Notes under the pieces: generated by a model
Seen by the model: the letters and a program-made list of their open reading frames with translations, nothing else
What the model was told of the DNA's origin: nothing
Database searches by the model: none
In this document: piece by piece, positions 61,726-64,000 of the stretch
Position numbering within the stretch: position 1 is the stretch's first letter
Layout of the letters: each line of letters opens with the position of its first letter
Assembly (NCBI GenBank): GCA_977862235.1
Contig: OZ374566.1
Span: 1-64,000, forward strand
DNA from: Dudresnaya verticillata
Taxonomy: Eukaryota
Reading direction: 5' to 3'
Length of the DNA: 64,000 nucleotides
Program-made: the position numbers and the translations under genes

Positions 61726-64000
61726 TTATGGGTAGTAGCTCCCTTGCTGAGGCCAGTACCCGTTAAGAGCTCCAGCAGGAGCTGTAGCGTACAGCTGCGA
61801 GTGCTGCGAACTCGCGGGTGCGGAATTTGCAACGGAAGTACCAGTGGAGCGATCTGTCCGTTCCGAGCTTGACAACCGGTTCCAGCTCGCATGCGTCCCA
61901 CCAACATTGAGACCGCTGCTCGTCGCTCCGGCAACGCTGCCCGAGTACTCAGCATATGCCAGGCCGTGTACGATACCACTTGCCATTCCAACACCACTTA
62001 GACTACCGCTGGGGTGGGGACCGGGTAATTGCTTGTGTGGAACATCGTTTGCTGCTTTCTGAGGTCCTGCGAGACTCCCCGAAGTGCTTAGGTAACCAGG
62101 GGTATACATACTGTCCCCGAGACCACCACTGGTCCTAGAGTTGTTCAGGATTGTCCCAGTTCCATCGTCGAAACCAAAACCACGAGTAGACTGGGAAGCA
62201 ACCTGTCCAGCCGGTGGGTAGGGGAACGGATTCGTCCCTGGTGGCGGAGGGATGGCATGAGGAGGATATCCTGCATTCGGGAAGGTAAACATATGTGGGT
62301 ATTGGATCGATGGATAACCTGGCATGATATAAGGAGGATTCAGAGGGTCCATATTAGCAGCTAGGGATCCCAGAGTGCTGGTCTTTTCCATATCACCGCT
62401 TCCGCGCACTGCTTCCTTCCCAATCCCGTTCGGCATTGTAGTGAGTGTACTCGTGTCTCCAAGACCAGGAATTCCATTGTACTTCCCGCTTCCGGCAGTC
62501 ACTGGGGGCATATTCGTTAGTTCATAGGAAGGTACGGATCCCGGTGGCGGGACATTAGAGGTGCCAGGAGTTCCTACATCCCCGGGGGAATCGAATGGAG
62601 CAATAGCAGGCGAGTAAGCATGCACTGCTGGCATCATGTAAGGGTTTCCATAGCTTGGTGGGAAGCTCCCACCGGGCGGGAGTGGGAGAACTGGAAACAT
62701 TCCTGAGCTCCTGACTCCAACTGAAGACGGCGATCGCGACTTTGACCGCAAAGTCTCATCTGACGTTTTGCTGCCGGGAAGGCCGCTTCCTCCCGTTGTC
62801 CTTGGCAACGATGCAGAAGGAACCTCGACGGCATGAGAATCAGATGTTTTCATGAACTGCCTTTCTGTACTGGGTGTAACCACAGCAGTGTCAGGGCCAG
62901 GTATATGCTCACTGCGGATGGAGCTCCCCGGCACTGGTTCTGACGATTTCCCAGCGGTTGACCAATTCACATTATCCAGCCCACTTAACCCGAACGATCC
63001 GAACTGAAGGCTCAGAGAATCTCCGGCACTTCGTTCCGCATGCACAGATACATCATCTGTGTCCTCATCGATATCATTGTCGCCGTTCGTAGTGGGAACA
63101 GGCCCGTGTGATCCCCATCCTTGCGGTATTGCTCCATTAGGATCTCGGTGGACATTTACAGACTCTTCCGGTGCAGAAACAGTCGATAGAAAATCGTCTC
63201 CAGGTAAGGCCTCCGCTCTTGAAGGTGCTTCATCTTCGCTAGGCACACGGGATGGATCCTCCTGCTCCGTGTGTGTGCTTCCCTGCCCCTCAGTCGTGAA
63301 AGATTGTTTTTTGGTAACGCTGGGCTCTACAGCTTGAGAACCATCCGCTGTGTTGCACAATATCGAATCGGCTTCCGTCGGGAGCGTCAATAATGAGGCT
63401 GGAACTGGCGCAGGTTGCGCTTCGGTAGTGACTGGGATTTGCTTTGCGTGGCTGGTGCCCGCGGCCGCGACCGCAGCATAATTGAATTTCCTCTTAACAC
63501 TTGTGGGTAAGAGGACGGCCTGCTTCTGATTTGACTTTTGGATTGATGAAGGTAGTAGCCGCACATCGTCGCATTCACGGTCGTCAAGTGCCGGAATACT
63601 GGCGATCTCCTCCCCAGGAACTCGCAAAGTCCAATGCTGTTTCGATACGACGGAATGTGTGGCATCTTCCCAAGCATTTTCGGCTGAGTCTGTCGCTGCA
63701 TCCATGTGGTTAGTCTCAGGCCAGGGATCCGGTTTCCCGGTTGGCCGCTCTCCCCACATGCTATCTTTTGGGTTGCTTTCCCCCGGCCATGTTTGGGTAT
63801 GACCTGGAGACGTCCAAGTCTGCGTCGATGGCTCCGCAAGAGCTTTTGACCCATTCTCCAAGCGCAATTCACCACTCTGAGAAGGGTGCTTCTTCAATGC
63901 CAGACCGTCTTTCGCTTTGACCCGTGTGGAATAGTTTCGAGACCCACGGCGAAAGCCGGTAGGACAGTGGGTATCGTGACAGCATGAGCGATCGTTTTCT
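61726..64000 (-). CDS. Host gene, 5'-incomplete: low-complexity Pro/Gly/Ser/Tyr-rich protein resembling the UBAP2/Lingerer/GIP1 family
   Basis: At least 723 aa, with the frame open to the window edge. LSLQFGSFG motif followed by PYxMP/YP-rich segments and a C-terminal GYWPQ. Confidence 0.6.
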   Translation of the reverse strand, partial: ENDRSCCHDTHCPTGFRRGSRNYSTRVKAKDGLALKKHPSQSGELRLENGSKALAEPSTQTWTSPGHTQTWPGESNPKDSMWGERPTGKPDPWPETNHMDAATDSAENAWEDATHSVVSKQHWTLRVPGEEIASIPALDDRECDDVRLLPSSIQKSNQKQAVLLPTSVKRKFNYAAVAAAGTSHAKQIPVTTEAQPAPVPASLLTLPTEADSILCNTADGSQAVEPSVTKKQSFTTEGQGSTHTEQEDPSRVPSEDEAPSRAEALPGDDFLSTVSAPEESVNVHRDPNGAIPQGWGSHGPVPTTNGDNDIDEDTDDVSVHAERSAGDSLSLQFGSFGLSGLDNVNWSTAGKSSEPVPGSSIRSEHIPGPDTAVVTPSTERQFMKTSDSHAVEVPSASLPRTTGGSGLPGSKTSDETLRSKSRSPSSVGVRSSGMFPVLPLPPGGSFPPSYGNPYMMPAVHAYSPAIAPFDSPGDVGTPGTSNVPPPGSVPSYELTNMPPVTAGSGKYNGIPGLGDTSTLTTMPNGIGKEAVRGSGDMEKTSTLGSLAANMDPLNPPYIMPGYPSIQYPHMFTFPNAGYPPHAIPPPPGTNPFPYPPAGQVASQSTRGFGFDDGTGTILNNSRTSGGLGDSMYTPGYLSTSGSLAGPQKAANDVPHKQLPGPHPSGSLSGVGMASGIVHGLAYAEYSGSVAGATSSGLNVGGTHASWNRLSSSERTDRSTGTSVANSAPASSQHSQLYATAPAGALNGYWPQQGSYYP

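Overview
This is a eukaryotic chromosome end. An 850-bp (CCCCTAAA)n telomere is followed by about 60 kb of subtelomeric, mostly mobile DNA, and the first host-like gene appears at about 61.7 kb. A red alga is my inference from the YRxYRL-type Gag of the chromoviruses; it is not proven. Order from the telomere: short tandem arrays; an intact tyrosine-recombinase-like gene; a divergent 2OG-Fe(II) dioxygenase-like gene cut by a degenerate hAT transposon; a solo LTR; a two-LTR chromovirus (Gypsy-1) with an extra antisense ORF; a second, inverted and truncated chromovirus (Gypsy-2); a RecQ (telomere-linked-helicase-like) pseudogene; repeat arrays; a 14-kb block of four genes, including a CACTA/Plavaka-like transposase, bracketed by palindrome clusters; minisatellites; and a UBAP2/Lingerer/GIP1-like gene running off the window edge. 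Three signals stand out. (1) Each Gypsy element is saturated, even inside coding DNA, with its own CpG-rich palindrome: CCGTNACGG in Gypsy-2 and CGTCGACG in Gypsy-1. (2) An unannotated protein domain is shared by the Gypsy-1 antisense ORF and a 910-aa ORF beside the CACTA-like transposase. Together these suggest a possible TE-encoded motif-plus-protein system. (3) The intact telomere-proximal recombinase may form a cassette with the dioxygenase and helicase. All counts and alignments were done by eye; no database searches were run.
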